DNA from: Pelagomonas calceolata
Lineage: Eukaryota
NCBI GenBank assembly: GCA_918797485.1
Contig: CAKKNE010000004.1
Coordinates: 3,596,001-3,660,000, forward strand
DNA: 64,000 nucleotides
Direction of reading: 5' to 3'
Numbering within the stretch: position 1 is the first letter of the stretch; each line of letters begins with the position of its first letter. Under the pieces are notes generated by a model that worked only from the letters and a program-made list of their open reading frames with translations, searched no databases and was not told the origin of the DNA. Made by a program: the position numbers and the translations under genes. Below, one piece after another: positions 22,956 to 33,862 of this stretch.

Positions 22956-24460
22956 TGCTTGCTAGTGTCTTACAAGCTAGCTAAAGCGAAATTTTTAGCC
23001 CGAGCATTGGATCCGCCTAGTTATTAATAATATAAACAAGCCCCCAAATTCACAATTCATCATAGTCGTTCGCCGAGACCAAATATTTCAGAGTAGCGGC
23101 CCGGGAACATACCCTAACTGCTCCCGGAAGACACCGCCCCACCGCGACATTCGCGGATGAATCTTACGGATCGCCAAAATACACCAGCGATTGACGCCGC
23201 CTTCTAGCGTCCAAATGGTACATTATATCAACTCCAGCCCAGTTTTCATACATATCAGACGGAACCGGAGCCGACGGCCCGCACTCGGAGGGCGGGAAAA
23301 GAATTCTACTAGACAACTCCCGAGTTTATGTTCGTTTCCTTCCGTTTGTTAGTGGTAGAGTCCATCTAACCCGCATCAGCGCCCACTGAGCTATTTTAGA
23401 TATTCCGTTAGAGCCTCGCGATTCGTCATCTTCACGACCCCGCGTCGATGGCGTAAACGGGCTCAATCCTAAATCCGCGACTATCAGCGACGACACCATC
23501 CAGATGGACCATAACGCCGTTGTTCTATTCACGATCGACCGACTTGCCCATTCTCCGCGGACGACGGTGCGTAGACGGAGGGCGGGAAAGGCCCCAGACC
23601 GGTAGTTTATAAAATAAATTTGCGTTTCAGGCGCTTTAGTAGTGGGACGGGCCAGATAACCGGCCTGAGCGGCTACTACATTGCTTGAGACCCCACGATG
23701 CTCCGCGCGGCTCGGCTCGGCCGCGAGCCCACTATCTAGCTAATTCGGGCAAAGTACTTAAACCTGGGACCATCAGCCCGTGTACCATCACCATGGACCA
23801 TGACGCGATCATTTATTCCATGATCGACCGACTTGCGCGCGGTCCAGATGCAGATGTTCACGTCCCGAGCGTGGGCTGCCCGAGGTACCCTTCTTATAAT
23901 GTAGATGTCATATACTTGTAATTGACTATCGCTGGGGTAGTATGGGGTCCGACGAGACCACTACGGCGACTACTGGGGGGCCTCGGGTAATTGACGTTTT
24001 TGACGGGAACGGGGCGCCATCGGGCCCAAATTGCACACTTTTTTCGGATGCAGATCGGCTCCTGGACTCCCTCCGGGATAGGTCTGGGGTCGGGTAGTCG
24101 CCTACGCCGCATGCGCCAGCGTTTGGGGCTCTCCAGAGAGCTCTGGATCGAAATCTTTGGCAAATCATGGTCCAGAGCTCTGGAGCGCAAAGGACCATGG
24201 AGATGTACCTTACTCTAGAAGCGGCGGCGTAGGCGGCGTAGGCGATTGCACGCGACCACTAACGACCAAAAAGCGACCCCAGGGAGACCTCAGGACCACG
24301 AATCGACAGGATTCCATCGACGCGGCCGCCATGGCGGCGTCGTCAATTTCGCGAGTAAAAAAAAGTATTTTTTTCGCCCCCCAGTAAGTGTCGTATCGAT
24401 CTCTTTGGACCATTAGCGAACCGAATGATGCCCAAACGACTGCTTGCTAGTGTCTTACAA
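22956..24460. mobile_element. 1465-bp non-coding insert (22976-24440) flanked by an exact 20-bp direct repeat, with internal degenerate ~290-bp repeats
   Basis: tgcttgctagtgtcttacaa at 22956-22975 and 24441-24460; internal matches 289-290 bp apart; visibly lower GC than the genes; no credible ORF. Confidence 0.6.
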
Positions 24461-24610
24461 CTGCTAGCTGTCAAAAATGCAGCTTTGCCCACCTCGCTGT
24501 GCAGTGTATGCGACATTGCACGCGGTGTAGAGCAGCAGCAGCTTCACGCCGGCGACGCGTGAGCCTTTTGTACGCCTTCGACGCTGCACTGTGCATCACT
24601 GCCATCACTA

Positions 24611-25243
24611 ATGCGTTACCTAGCATTGCTGCACACGATGAGCAGCGCCATCACGCTCTACACGAACCGCATGTGCCCCTACGCCCAACGAGTGGCCATC
24701 GCGCTGGAGCACTCGGGGTTGCAACATGACAAAGTCGAGGTCGACCTCTACGGCAGCAAGGGCTTCACGAAGAAGGACCTGAAAGCCGTCGAGGCAGCCG
24801 CGGGCTTGGCGCCGAAGGGCTACATTCCCGTGCTCTCGATCGACGACGAGACGCTCCGCGAGTCGACGAAGTGCGTGGAGCGCGTCGGCGCCCTCGCGCC
24901 GGAGAAACTCGCGCCGGGCGACGCCGCGGCGGCCGCGTGGGCCGTGGCGCACTGCGACGGCCCGATCACGCGCTCTGGCAAAGACGCCGTCTTTTCGGGC
25001 AAGGCCTCGACGCCCGAGTTGGAGCGCGCGCTGCGCGACCTCGATGCGCGGCTTACTCGCGATTTTGTCGCCGGCGACGCGTTTTCGACCGCCGACTGCG
25101 TGCTGCTCCCGTTTCTCTTTCGCATCCGCAAGGAACTCGACATCCCCGCCGACGCGTCGCGGCTCCGAGGCTACCTCGACCGCGCGTTCGCGCACCCGGC
25201 CTTCCGGCGGACGGTGGCGGAGCCGTATTGGTGGTGGTGGTAA
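24611..25243 (+). CDS. Cys-type glutathione S-transferase (omega/lambda/DHAR-like)
   Basis: LYTNRMCPYAQRV, YIPVL..RES, FVAGDAFSTAD..LPF. Confidence 0.85.
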   Translation: MRYLALLHTMSSAITLYTNRMCPYAQRVAIALEHSGLQHDKVEVDLYGSKGFTKKDLKAVEAAAGLAPKGYIPVLSIDDETLRESTKCVERVGALAPEKLAPGDAAAAAWAVAHCDGPITRSGKDAVFSGKASTPELERALRDLDARLTRDFVAGDAFSTADCVLLPFLFRIRKELDIPADASRLRGYLDRAFAHPAFRRTVAEPYWWWW

Positions 25244-25687
25244 ACATGTTGTTCTCTAACCCCTGGGAAGAGCCCGGACTGGCGGACGCGCGGGCGGCGC
25301 GGCGCTGCGAAGAGTGAGCCCAGGGTGTCACTAGCCCCGGTGCTTCTTTTGAAACTCTCGCTCTAGCATGTTGCGTGACCCCGGACGGCTGGCGGGGCTT
25401 CGCACACTTCCAAAATTCAAACTCAAACAAAACGGGTTTCGCCAGGGAGTGTCGACGCGCGTACGCCGCGTTTTGCCCGTGCTGGAGCCTGCATAGGAGC
25501 GAAAGGCAGTACTCCAAGTCCTTCTCAAGCTCTCCTCGCGTTGCCGAAACCGGTGAGCCGCCAGCGCCCGAGTACACCACCTGCAGCTGCACGAGGGTCA
25601 CGCCGCGCCGGCGACGCGACGGGCGCAGAACCACCGCATCGGTCACGCCGTCGACGCGCGACTCCCACCGCAGGTCAACAAGCAGCC

Positions 25688-26401
25688 ATGGCGCCCAAGA
25701 AGCGCAAGTCCGCGGCCAAGACCAAGACCGCGACGAAGAAGAAGGCCGCGTCTCCGAAACAACCCAAAAAAGCCGCCTCCCCGAAGAAGAAGAAGGGCGG
25801 CGCCTTGGACTTCGACGTCTACGCCGACGCCGACGAGGGCGTCGTGACCTTCGAGGGCCTCGCGCAGCTCGCCGACGACCTCGGGATCGACCCCTCGTCG
25901 GACACGAAGCTCCTGGCGATGTGCTGGCGCCTCGGCGCCGAGAAGCCCGGGTGCCTGTCCAAGGAGGAGTGGGCCCGGTTCGCGGAGAACCGCCACCTCC
26001 CGACCTACGGCAAGGCGCAAACGGTGAGCGTGCTCAAGGCGGGATGGAATTCTCTAGATCCGAACTTCTTGGACAATTCGGAGTTCAAGCCCTTCTTCCG
26101 CTTCTGCTTCGAGTTCAATCGCGAGGGGACGAAGCGCTTTTTGGAGCGGGACACGGCGCTAGCTTTATTACCTTTATGTGTGGAAGATAGATCGCGGCAC
26201 ACGCAGCTCTTCCTCGAGTTCCTCGGCACCAAACCCGAGGACTTCAAGCTCAACCGGGACCAGTGGTGCTCCTTCCTCGACTTTAGCTTGGCCGTCGGCG
26301 AGGCGCCCGAATTCTCAGGCTGGGACGCGGAGGAGTCGTCCTGGCCGATCCTGCTCGACGAGTTCGTGGAATTCTGCCAGGCGAAGCTCAAGGAGTCGTA
26401 G
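25688..26401 (+). CDS. DCN1-like cullin neddylation protein; probable 5'UTR intron 25553-25673
   Basis: EGL..DLGIDP, FKPFFRFCFEF, NRDQWCSFLDF, SSWPILLDEFVE; gtgagc...ccgcag intron before the ATG. Confidence 0.88.
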   Translation: MAPKKRKSAAKTKTATKKKAASPKQPKKAASPKKKKGGALDFDVYADADEGVVTFEGLAQLADDLGIDPSSDTKLLAMCWRLGAEKPGCLSKEEWARFAENRHLPTYGKAQTVSVLKAGWNSLDPNFLDNSEFKPFFRFCFEFNREGTKRFLERDTALALLPLCVEDRSRHTQLFLEFLGTKPEDFKLNRDQWCSFLDFSLAVGEAPEFSGWDAEESSWPILLDEFVEFCQAKLKES

Positions 26402-26433
26402 GCGTGTAATCGCGTGTGTTGCTACTAGTGTAC

Positions 26434-27255
26434 TTACGCGGCCTCGCGCCAATACGCCAGGACATTCCAGCACGCGCCGTTGGGCAGCCGGAGGATGCGG
26501 TCGACGCGGGCGTCCGTCGTCTCTGCGTAGCCGCGAACCAGATAACTCCTCAGGCGAAGGAGCCGCTTGTGCTCGACGCGGCAGTAGGCCTTCCACGACC
26601 CCTCGCGCCGGACGCCGGCGACGATGGCCTTCATCGCGACCCAGTCTGCATCGGCCGCCAAAGCCAACGCGACATGCGAATGAAGTTCGGCACGCTGAAT
26701 GCACCACTCGGCATCCTTGGGCGCGGGTCCGTGAATCACAGACCCAGCCTTGCAATTATCTAGCGACGAGCCTGCTCGCAGCAACATCTTCAGCACCTCG
26801 AGGTGGTTCTTGAACGGGCGGGGCCCCGTGATCAGCACTCTGGCGGGATCGTCGAGTAGCAACCCTACAAAAGAAGTCGTAATTCCACTCCGTTCGTAGC
26901 CCATCACTCTAACGTCAGATCCCGATGCTAATAGGAGCTTAACCAACCGTGGCGTGCCATTGACTTCGCAACGAGACATGGGATAACCAAGCGGCACATA
27001 ACCCCATCCATTTCGGCGGTTCGGATCAGCGCCATGAGTTAACAGCAGTTTTATAACTCTGATTTTGCCCTCGTCGTCCCCAATGCCAGGAGAGTCAGGG
27101 GCGAGCGCAATGCTGAGAAGTTGAACGGGCATCGTCCTACCCGGCACAGTTTCGCAATCATCGTCGACGTCGCGCGGCTCCGACGCGAAATAAGCTTCCA
27201 AGACGGCGAGATCGCCATCGCGCGCGGCCTGGACCACATCAGCCGGCACGACCAT
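26434..27255 (-). CDS. Ankyrin-repeat protein
   Basis: AARDGDL, IKLLLTHGADPN, VKLLLASGSDV, LKMLLRAGS; first in-frame ATG at 27255. Confidence 0.8.
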   Translation of the reverse strand: MVVPADVVQAARDGDLAVLEAYFASEPRDVDDDCETVPGRTMPVQLLSIALAPDSPGIGDDEGKIRVIKLLLTHGADPNRRNGWGYVPLGYPMSRCEVNGTPRLVKLLLASGSDVRVMGYERSGITTSFVGLLLDDPARVLITGPRPFKNHLEVLKMLLRAGSSLDNCKAGSVIHGPAPKDAEWCIQRAELHSHVALALAADADWVAMKAIVAGVRREGSWKAYCRVEHKRLLRLRSYLVRGYAETTDARVDRILRLPNGACWNVLAYWREAA

Positions 27256-27260
27256 CTCGG

Positions 27261-27506
27261 CTAATAATCGTCCATATGATGCCCTTCGTAACTGTCGTTG
27301 CCCTCGGTGCAGGCCCACGCAATTAGGACGGCGGCCGACGCGAGCAACGCGCAGCCCGCGAACGACACGAGCGCGAGCGCGAGGACGGGCCGGCGCTCGA
27401 GCTCCTTCGGTTTCGGCGCGTCGGGCGGCGGGCTCTCGTCGGCCTTCGACTCCTCGCGCTGTTCTTTCTCCTTCTGCGACCTAGTGAGCTCGACGCCGGT
27501 TCTCAT
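27261..27506 (-). CDS. Small single-pass membrane protein
   Basis: Charged N-terminus followed by hydrophobic VLALALVSFAGCALLASAAVLIAWAC. Confidence 0.5.
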   Translation of the reverse strand: MRTGVELTRSQKEKEQREESKADESPPPDAPKPKELERRPVLALALVSFAGCALLASAAVLIAWACTEGNDSYEGHHMDDY

Positions 27507-27904
27507 GTCCCGTCGCGTCAGGACCGCCTCGCTTTTGGTCACCAAAGGACTTGGGCTGATTGAGCCGCCGGAGAGTCACGCGCGTGACGTAAAACGTGAC
27601 GCGGTAATCTCGACCGAGGGCCACGGGAGCTCAGGTGCTGCGACCTTGTCCAATGCCAAAAATAACTAGTGCTAGCGGCGTGTAAGACACTAGCAATGCA
27701 AACAGCTTTTCAGCCGCGACATGCATTGCGCGCGCGCGCGGTCATAGATCGTTGGTGACGGACGCAGCGAAGCGCTGAGGCTGCGGCGCACTGCTGCGGC
27801 TTTTTTCCGCGCGTCGCGCCGCAGGAAAAGGCCTAAAATCAAAGCCTTGCCGCCACACACGTTGACGAGCGTCGCACCACAGAGAAAGGCCTAAAAACAC
27901 AAAG

Positions 27905-29548
27905 ATGGGCATCCAAGGCCTCCTCCCCATGTTCCGGGGCTCCACACGGGACGTCCACGTCTCGGCCTACGCCCACAAGACGCTGGCCGTCGACGGCTAC
28001 GCGTGGCTGCACCGCGGCGTGCACGCCTGCGCGACGGAGCTCGGCCGGGGCCTCCCGTGCACGCAGCACATCGAGTTCTGCCTCTCGCGGGTTCAGATGC
28101 TGCTGCACTACCGGGTGCGGCCCCTGCTCGTCTTTGACGGGGGCGCGCTGCCGGCCAAAAAAGCGACGGAGGTCCAACGACGGGCGAAGCGCGACGCGGC
28201 GCGGCGCAAGGCGCACCAATTACTAAGAGAGGACTCGCACGAGGCCGCGCGCCAGGCCTTCTGCGCCGCGGTCGACGTGACGCCGGCGATGGCGGCGCAG
28301 CTCTGCGACGCGGCGAAGGCGCGCTGGGGCGACCGCGTCGACTTCCTCGTGGCGCCCTACGAGGCCGACGCGCAGCTCGCGCAGCTCGCGCGGAGCGGCC
28401 AGTGCGACGGCGTGATCAGCGAGGATTCCGACAATTTGCCGTACGGCGTGCCGCGGACGCTCTTCAAGCTCGACGCGACGGGCCAGGCCAAGGAGATTGC
28501 GCTCCAGGACTTGTATGATGCGCCGGAGGGCGTCAACGCGATTTCTATAAGGGGCTGGACGCACGACATGTTCGTGCTCATGTGCTGCATGTCCGGCTGC
28601 GACTACGCGGAATCGGTGGATGGCGTCGGCGTGAAGAAGGCCCACGCGCTCGTGGGCCGATACCGAGATTTTGATAGGGTGCTGCGGGCGCTGCGGTTCG
28701 AGCACACCGTGCCGCGCGACTACGCGCAGAAGCTCGAGCGCGCGGTCCTGACCTTCGGCCACCAGACGGTCTTCGACCGGTCGTTGAACGCGGCGTGCTA
28801 CCTGACGCCGCTCGCGCGCGGCGTCTCCGACAAAATCGGGTCGCTCGCCTTCCTGGGGGCGCCGCTGCCCCAGCGCGTCGCGGCGGGCGTCGCCGCGGCG
28901 CGCCTCGACCCGGAGACGCATCTGACATTGGAGCGGAGCACGGGCACGTACCGGCTCGCGTCGACGGCCGAGCTGCCCCAGACGACGACCCTGGACGCCT
29001 TCGTGCGGTCGCGGCCGCGCGCGCCGCCGCCGCGGCCGCCACCACCAAAGCCGCGGCCTCCCCCAAAACCGCCGTCGCCGCCGCCGGTCCGGACGGGCGC
29101 GCGGTCGGCGCACTTCTCGGCGAGCCCGCCGCCGCGCGCGCGCGTCTTCCGGCCCTTTGTCCCGCCGGCGCGCGTCGACGGCGCGGCGCTTCCTACAAAC
29201 CGGTCGCCGCCGCCCGCGCGCCCCCGGAGCCGGTCGCCGCCGCGGCCCATGCTGCCGTCGACCAAGCTCCGCCTCGGCGCGCCGTCGCAGCGCCGCGCGC
29301 CGCCGCCGTCGCCCGACAAGGAAAACCCGCCGCGGAAGCGGCCGGCGCCCGTGGACCTGTCCGCCTTCGCCTTCGACCGCACGCGGCGGCCGCGCGCTGC
29401 AGAAGCGAGCCCGCCGCCGCGGCGGCCCTTCCAGCAGTTCGAGCGCGGGATGCCGCCCGCGAGCCCGGTCGCGCGGCGGCGGCAGCAGCCCTTCTCGCGG
29501 TTCCGCTATTCCCTGGGCGAGGAGGACTCGCAGTCGCCGGGGACGTGA
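27905..29548 (+). CDS. EXO1: Exonuclease 1 (XPG/Rad2 family)
   Basis: MGIQGLLP, AVDGYAWLHRG, VFDG, VAPYEADAQLA, SEDSD, SGCDY. Confidence 0.93.
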   Translation: MGIQGLLPMFRGSTRDVHVSAYAHKTLAVDGYAWLHRGVHACATELGRGLPCTQHIEFCLSRVQMLLHYRVRPLLVFDGGALPAKKATEVQRRAKRDAARRKAHQLLREDSHEAARQAFCAAVDVTPAMAAQLCDAAKARWGDRVDFLVAPYEADAQLAQLARSGQCDGVISEDSDNLPYGVPRTLFKLDATGQAKEIALQDLYDAPEGVNAISIRGWTHDMFVLMCCMSGCDYAESVDGVGVKKAHALVGRYRDFDRVLRALRFEHTVPRDYAQKLERAVLTFGHQTVFDRSLNAACYLTPLARGVSDKIGSLAFLGAPLPQRVAAGVAAARLDPETHLTLERSTGTYRLASTAELPQTTTLDAFVRSRPRAPPPRPPPPKPRPPPKPPSPPPVRTGARSAHFSASPPPRARVFRPFVPPARVDGAALPTNRSPPPARPRSRSPPRPMLPSTKLRLGAPSQRRAPPPSPDKENPPRKRPAPVDLSAFAFDRTRRPRAAEASPPPRRPFQQFERGMPPASPVARRRQQPFSRFRYSLGEEDSQSPGT

Positions 29549-29955
29549 TTCCCGGCCCATCACCAAGTACTAAGACATGTAAGTGTGATCGTCCGGGGGC
29601 GCCGCGGTGTCTCCGATGTGCGCTCGGCGTATCGCGGTCGTCACCGAGAGTCAACGCCGTGAGAGGGAGGCCTCGCCGTGGACTGTGCTTCCCCGCATCG
29701 CCAAAAGGCCGCCCGTGCTAGACCCAAGACCCACTAGCCAGACAAAGCCAACGCCAGTTTGGGACAGAGCCTGGGCAGCCGCGCGCGCGCCACAGCTCGC
29801 AGCACGCATTCGAACGACGCCGCGGCGACGTCTGGTTACTGCCGAAGCATTGAGGCAGCACGCACGCGCGAGTAAGGTGCTGCTGTGCAAAGGGCAGTGG
29901 GGCAGCACAGTAGCACAGCCAGCAAAAAACCGGGACAGCCAGCCAAAAACAAGCA

Positions 29956-31038
29956 ATGGGCGCCGGCGCCTCGTCGCAGTACCGCGCGGGCGACGCGAAC
30001 CACCGGCCGCCGTCCTTCGCCGAGGCGGTGGCGACGAAGCGTCGAACGACCCCGAACATCAACGTGGTCGTCGACGGCATGAACGTGGCCCTGGCGAACG
30101 TTCCCGACTACGAGAAGGATCCTGCAACGAGGCGCCAGTGCGCCCTCGAAGGCTTGCGGCTCTGCGTCGAGTTCTTGATCGAGGCCGACGTCGCCTTCAA
30201 GATCTTCGCGCCGCGGGGCTGGGTCGACGACCACCCCGAGACGGAGCCCCTGCAGCGCTCTAAATTGCTGTTCGCCACACCGGGCGGCGCGGACGACCGG
30301 TTTCTGTTGAGGCACGCGGAAGCGCACGGCTCCTTCGTCGTCTCGAACGATAGATTTATGGACCACGCGCGAGATAGAGGCTACGCGCAGCGGTGGTTGG
30401 ACTATAGACGGGTGCCGTTCATGTTCGACCCGTCCTTCGCGCCGGACCCGGACGCCGTCGCGCGCATCCGAATCGCGGCCGACGGCCGCGCGCCGGCCTG
30501 GGCGGCGGGGCCCGGCTGCGAGGACATGGTCGACTCGTCGCCGGAGGTCGAGCGGCATCGACCTCGCAGCCGGCCGCACTCGCCGGAGCGGTCGCCGCCG
30601 TCGCCCGTCTTTTCGCCGCACTCGCCGGACGCGTTCAGCCCGAATCGCCGGTCCGAAGCCTTGGAACGCCTCGCCGCGATCAACGACGCGACGGCGGCGC
30701 GCGTCGAGGCCGCCGCAGACATCGTCTTGGGACCGGCGGGCCCGGCGAAGCTGGATGACACTACCGAATGCCTCGCGGTGCCGCGGGCCGCCGTCGGGCG
30801 CGTCATCGGCAAGCGCGGCGCCACGATCAAGGGCATCGAGCGGGACTCGGGATGTAGGGTGAGGGTGGTCGACGGCGACGACGACGGCGACGACGCCGAG
30901 GTGCGCGTGTCGCACCCGGACGAGGCGCGGCGCGCGGCGGCCCTGGACGCCGTGCTGGCCATCGTCGAGCGCGACCAGTACCGGCCGCCGCCGTCGCGCG
31001 GGAACACGGCCGACCGGGGCCGGCGGGACGAGTTTTAG
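29956..31038 (+). CDS. Regnase/NYN-type PIN ribonuclease with C-terminal KH domain
   Basis: VVVDGMNVA, DDRFLL..VVSNDRFMD; KH motif VGRVIGKRGATIKGIERDSG. Confidence 0.85.
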   Translation: MGAGASSQYRAGDANHRPPSFAEAVATKRRTTPNINVVVDGMNVALANVPDYEKDPATRRQCALEGLRLCVEFLIEADVAFKIFAPRGWVDDHPETEPLQRSKLLFATPGGADDRFLLRHAEAHGSFVVSNDRFMDHARDRGYAQRWLDYRRVPFMFDPSFAPDPDAVARIRIAADGRAPAWAAGPGCEDMVDSSPEVERHRPRSRPHSPERSPPSPVFSPHSPDAFSPNRRSEALERLAAINDATAARVEAAADIVLGPAGPAKLDDTTECLAVPRAAVGRVIGKRGATIKGIERDSGCRVRVVDGDDDGDDAEVRVSHPDEARRAAALDAVLAIVERDQYRPPPSRGNTADRGRRDEF

Positions 31039-31089
31039 TTGAGTCCTATAAAGATATCAGATTAGCACAAAGACGCTTAGAGTACACAA

Positions 31090-31692
31090 CTAGCGGCGGC
31101 CCCGCTTCGCGTCGCCTCCTGGAGTCCCGCCCTCGCGCGCGCGCTTCTCCCGCTGCTTCCGCCTTTCTTCTAGCTCGCGCTTCTTGCGCTTGCTATCAGC
31201 CTTCATTAACTGCTTGTAGGCCTCCGGCGTCATCTCGTCGCGCAGTAGATGGAAGAAGACGCCGCCGGGCGTGCGCTTGCGCGAGCCGTCCGCCGTGGCC
31301 AGCCCGCCGTCGCGCTGCGTCTCGACGACGCGCTTGAGCAGGCGCTTGGCGGCCTTGGCGCCGATGGCGATGATCGCCTCTCTTAGTAAACGGATGTTTT
31401 GCTCGTCGAGCGCGCGTCGCGCCGATTTGGCGACGCCCTCCTCCCGCTTCGTGCTGCCGCGCTTGGCGCCGAGCGCGCCGCCCATCTTCTTCGACGTGTC
31501 CATCCTCACTCCCCGCGGCGCCGCCGCGGTCTCCCGCTCTTCCATCTCCATGCGGCCGATGGAATCGATGATGGCCTCGATGTCCTCCTCGGTGGCCGGC
31601 GGCGCGACGGCGATGTCCTCCGAGAGGCCGGTGCAGCTGAGCTGCTGCGGCGTCGGCTCCAGGCCATCGATGCCGAGGTCTAGATGCGCCAT
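31090..31692 (-). CDS. PHAX: PHAX RNA-binding-domain protein
   Basis: GGLATADGSRKRTPGGVFFHLL. Confidence 0.85.
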   Translation of the reverse strand: MAHLDLGIDGLEPTPQQLSCTGLSEDIAVAPPATEEDIEAIIDSIGRMEMEERETAAAPRGVRMDTSKKMGGALGAKRGSTKREEGVAKSARRALDEQNIRLLREAIIAIGAKAAKRLLKRVVETQRDGGLATADGSRKRTPGGVFFHLLRDEMTPEAYKQLMKADSKRKKRELEERRKQREKRAREGGTPGGDAKRGRR

Positions 31693-31989
31693 CGTGCAGC
31701 TACGTAGGGCTGATCTGCAGCGCGCAGAGCGGCAGCGGTGCGAATGGGAGCACTGCGCAGCGACAGAGCTTGCTTGCGAGATCTCTGGACGCTCCGCAGC
31801 TGAAAAAAAGGCGGGACGCCCAAGCTAGCGTCATGTAAGGCACTAGCAATGCCAAGCCAAGCTGCAGCCGCGTAACTCGGAGCGTGCAGTGCAGTTCGAC
31901 AGTGCTTCTGCACACGTATCGCATCACTGTGCACTGCTGTCCGTTGTGAGGACAACAAACGCTGCAACCAAACGCCGTCACGCTCCACC

Positions 31990-32968
31990 ATGCTCGTTGC
32001 AGCAGCCCGGCATGCGCGCCCACTGCTGCAGCCAGCAAGACGACGGCTCGCCGTGCAAGCCGTGAACCTCGACGCGTGGCTCAAGGAGCACGGCCCGACC
32101 CTCAAGCCGCCCGTCGCGAACAAGCTGCTGTTTGGCGGGGATCTCAAGGTCATGGTCGTCGGCGGGCCGAATCAAAGAAGGGACTACCACCTGCAGGAGG
32201 GCGAGGAGTTCTTCGCGCAGCTCGAGGGCACGCTGACGCTCAAGACCATCGAAAGGGGGTCGTTCAAAGACGTCCGCGTCACCGGAGGCGACTGCTTCCT
32301 GCTCCCTTCCCGCGTGCCGCACTCGCCGCAACGAGAAGCGGCCTCGCTCGGGCTGGTCTTCGAGCGGTCCCATATCGAGGGGGAGATGGACGGCATGCTC
32401 TGGTTCGACGCGGATCGGGACTTGAGTGGACGGTGCGACCTCGACGAAATCGCGTACGAGGCGTACTTCTTTTGTTCAGATCTGGGCAAAGATTTAAAAC
32501 CGGTCATCGAGGACTATGGGCGGTGGAAGGATTCGGGCGAGCCGCCGCGCCGCGTCGCCGCGCCTCCCTTGGTTCCCGACGACGTCGTGCCGCTGGACGT
32601 CCCGCAGCCGCTCCAGCCGCGCCTCGATGGGTTAGAGCCGTCGTCGACCATGTTGCTTCATAGGGGCGAGGAGGTCATCGTCGAGGCGCGCGTCGGCGTC
32701 CGATGCTTTCGCGCGGCCGGCATCGCCATCGCCTTCCGACACTCATACGCCATCGCCGCAGGCGCACGCGGGCCCGAAGAAGCTCGCGACGGGCGGCAGC
32801 CCCTTCGAGGTCTTCGTGTGGCAGCGCTCCGGCGCGTCGCGCGGCGTCGTCGACGGCGAGGAGCTGACCCTGGCGGCGGGCGACTGCTGCCTCCTGCCGA
32901 AGGCGACGCAGTACGCGTGGGACCTCGAGGACGGCGTCATGTTGAGTGTTGCGAACGCGTTTACGTAA
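31990..32968 (+). CDS. HAAO: 3-hydroxyanthranilate 3,4-dioxygenase; GC-AG intron 32686-32761
   Basis: LKPPVANK, VMVVGGPNQRRDYH, EEFFAQ, LPSRVPHSPQR; the spliced exon adds a second cupin-like part (FEVFVWQ..LTLAAGDCCLLP) ending at TAA 32966-32968. Confidence 0.9.
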
Positions 32969-33322
32969 TTACTCGGACCTTAGATTCCAGTCCACGAGGA
33001 GCGCCTTCTGCGCGGAGGAGAGCCTCGGCAGCGCGCCCCTTACAACCATCTCGTCGACCTCGGCGAGCAGCTCGGTGCGGAAGTCCTCCATGGCGCGGTC
33101 GTGCGCCGTGCGCGCTCTCTCCAACGCCTCGGCCGAGACCGGCGGCTTTGGTGTTTCCGCGAGCACCTCGGGCTCGAGCGGGGGCTTCGTGAACGACCGG
33201 CTCGTCGGCGGCGCGCGGCGCCACGAGTCGTTGCCGGCCCAGACGACCTGGCTTTTGGAGCGCGAGAGAGGCGCGGGCTTGGCGCGGCGCAGGACTCGCG
33301 CGGCGCAGCGTGCGGAGAGCAT
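32969..33322 (-). CDS. Small protein with mitochondrial-type presequence
   Basis: Arg/Ser/Ala-rich N-terminus and helical C-terminus. Confidence 0.55.
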   Translation of the reverse strand: MLSARCAARVLRRAKPAPLSRSKSQVVWAGNDSWRRAPPTSRSFTKPPLEPEVLAETPKPPVSAEALERARTAHDRAMEDFRTELLAEVDEMVVRGALPRLSSAQKALLVDWNLRSE

Positions 33323-33862
33323 GGTCTGGAGTGGTTACTGCAGAACTGCGTCTTCTCCGGTACGCTTAGATGTGCTTTGCTGCAGTCGGAGGGCTTGTAC
33401 TCTCCAGCGAGGACGAATCTAGGACTCGCGATGCTGTGGCTTCGAAAAAACGGCCGTCGACTTTACGCAGACGACTCCTACGAGATGCTGCGACTCGGAG
33501 CGCTGTGATTTGCGGCTCGGTGCGCAGCGGCCAGTTGCAAAAAGCGCAAAATAGAGCTTCGCGCAAGACATATATTGCGAACAAAGAAGAGCTTTAGGAG
33601 GGCATCCAAAAACGCAGACGTCCTTGGAGAGGTCGGGTCTGTAAAAATCGAAGCAAAACGGGTATTTTTTAAGCTCCGCGGCCGAGTTTGAGCGCATACC
33701 TGCCCGCGCGGCAAGTGCGATAGGCGCAAAAGCAGCTCTACAGCCCTCAAATTGCGACACGCAACCGCTGCCGCTGCGAAAACGCCCGCCGCGGCGCCAG
33801 AGTTTAAAAGAGTTTAAATCTAGCATTGCGGACCGCGCGGCCGCACGCCAGCAAAAGCAACG

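Noticed and set aside
23326..24413. Short ORFs within the insert as a transposase or RT remnant
   Set aside because: No recognisable motifs and no coding-like codon bias.
25229..25243. GST ending in WWWW
   Set aside because: A (TGG)4 run; no function can be supported from sequence alone.
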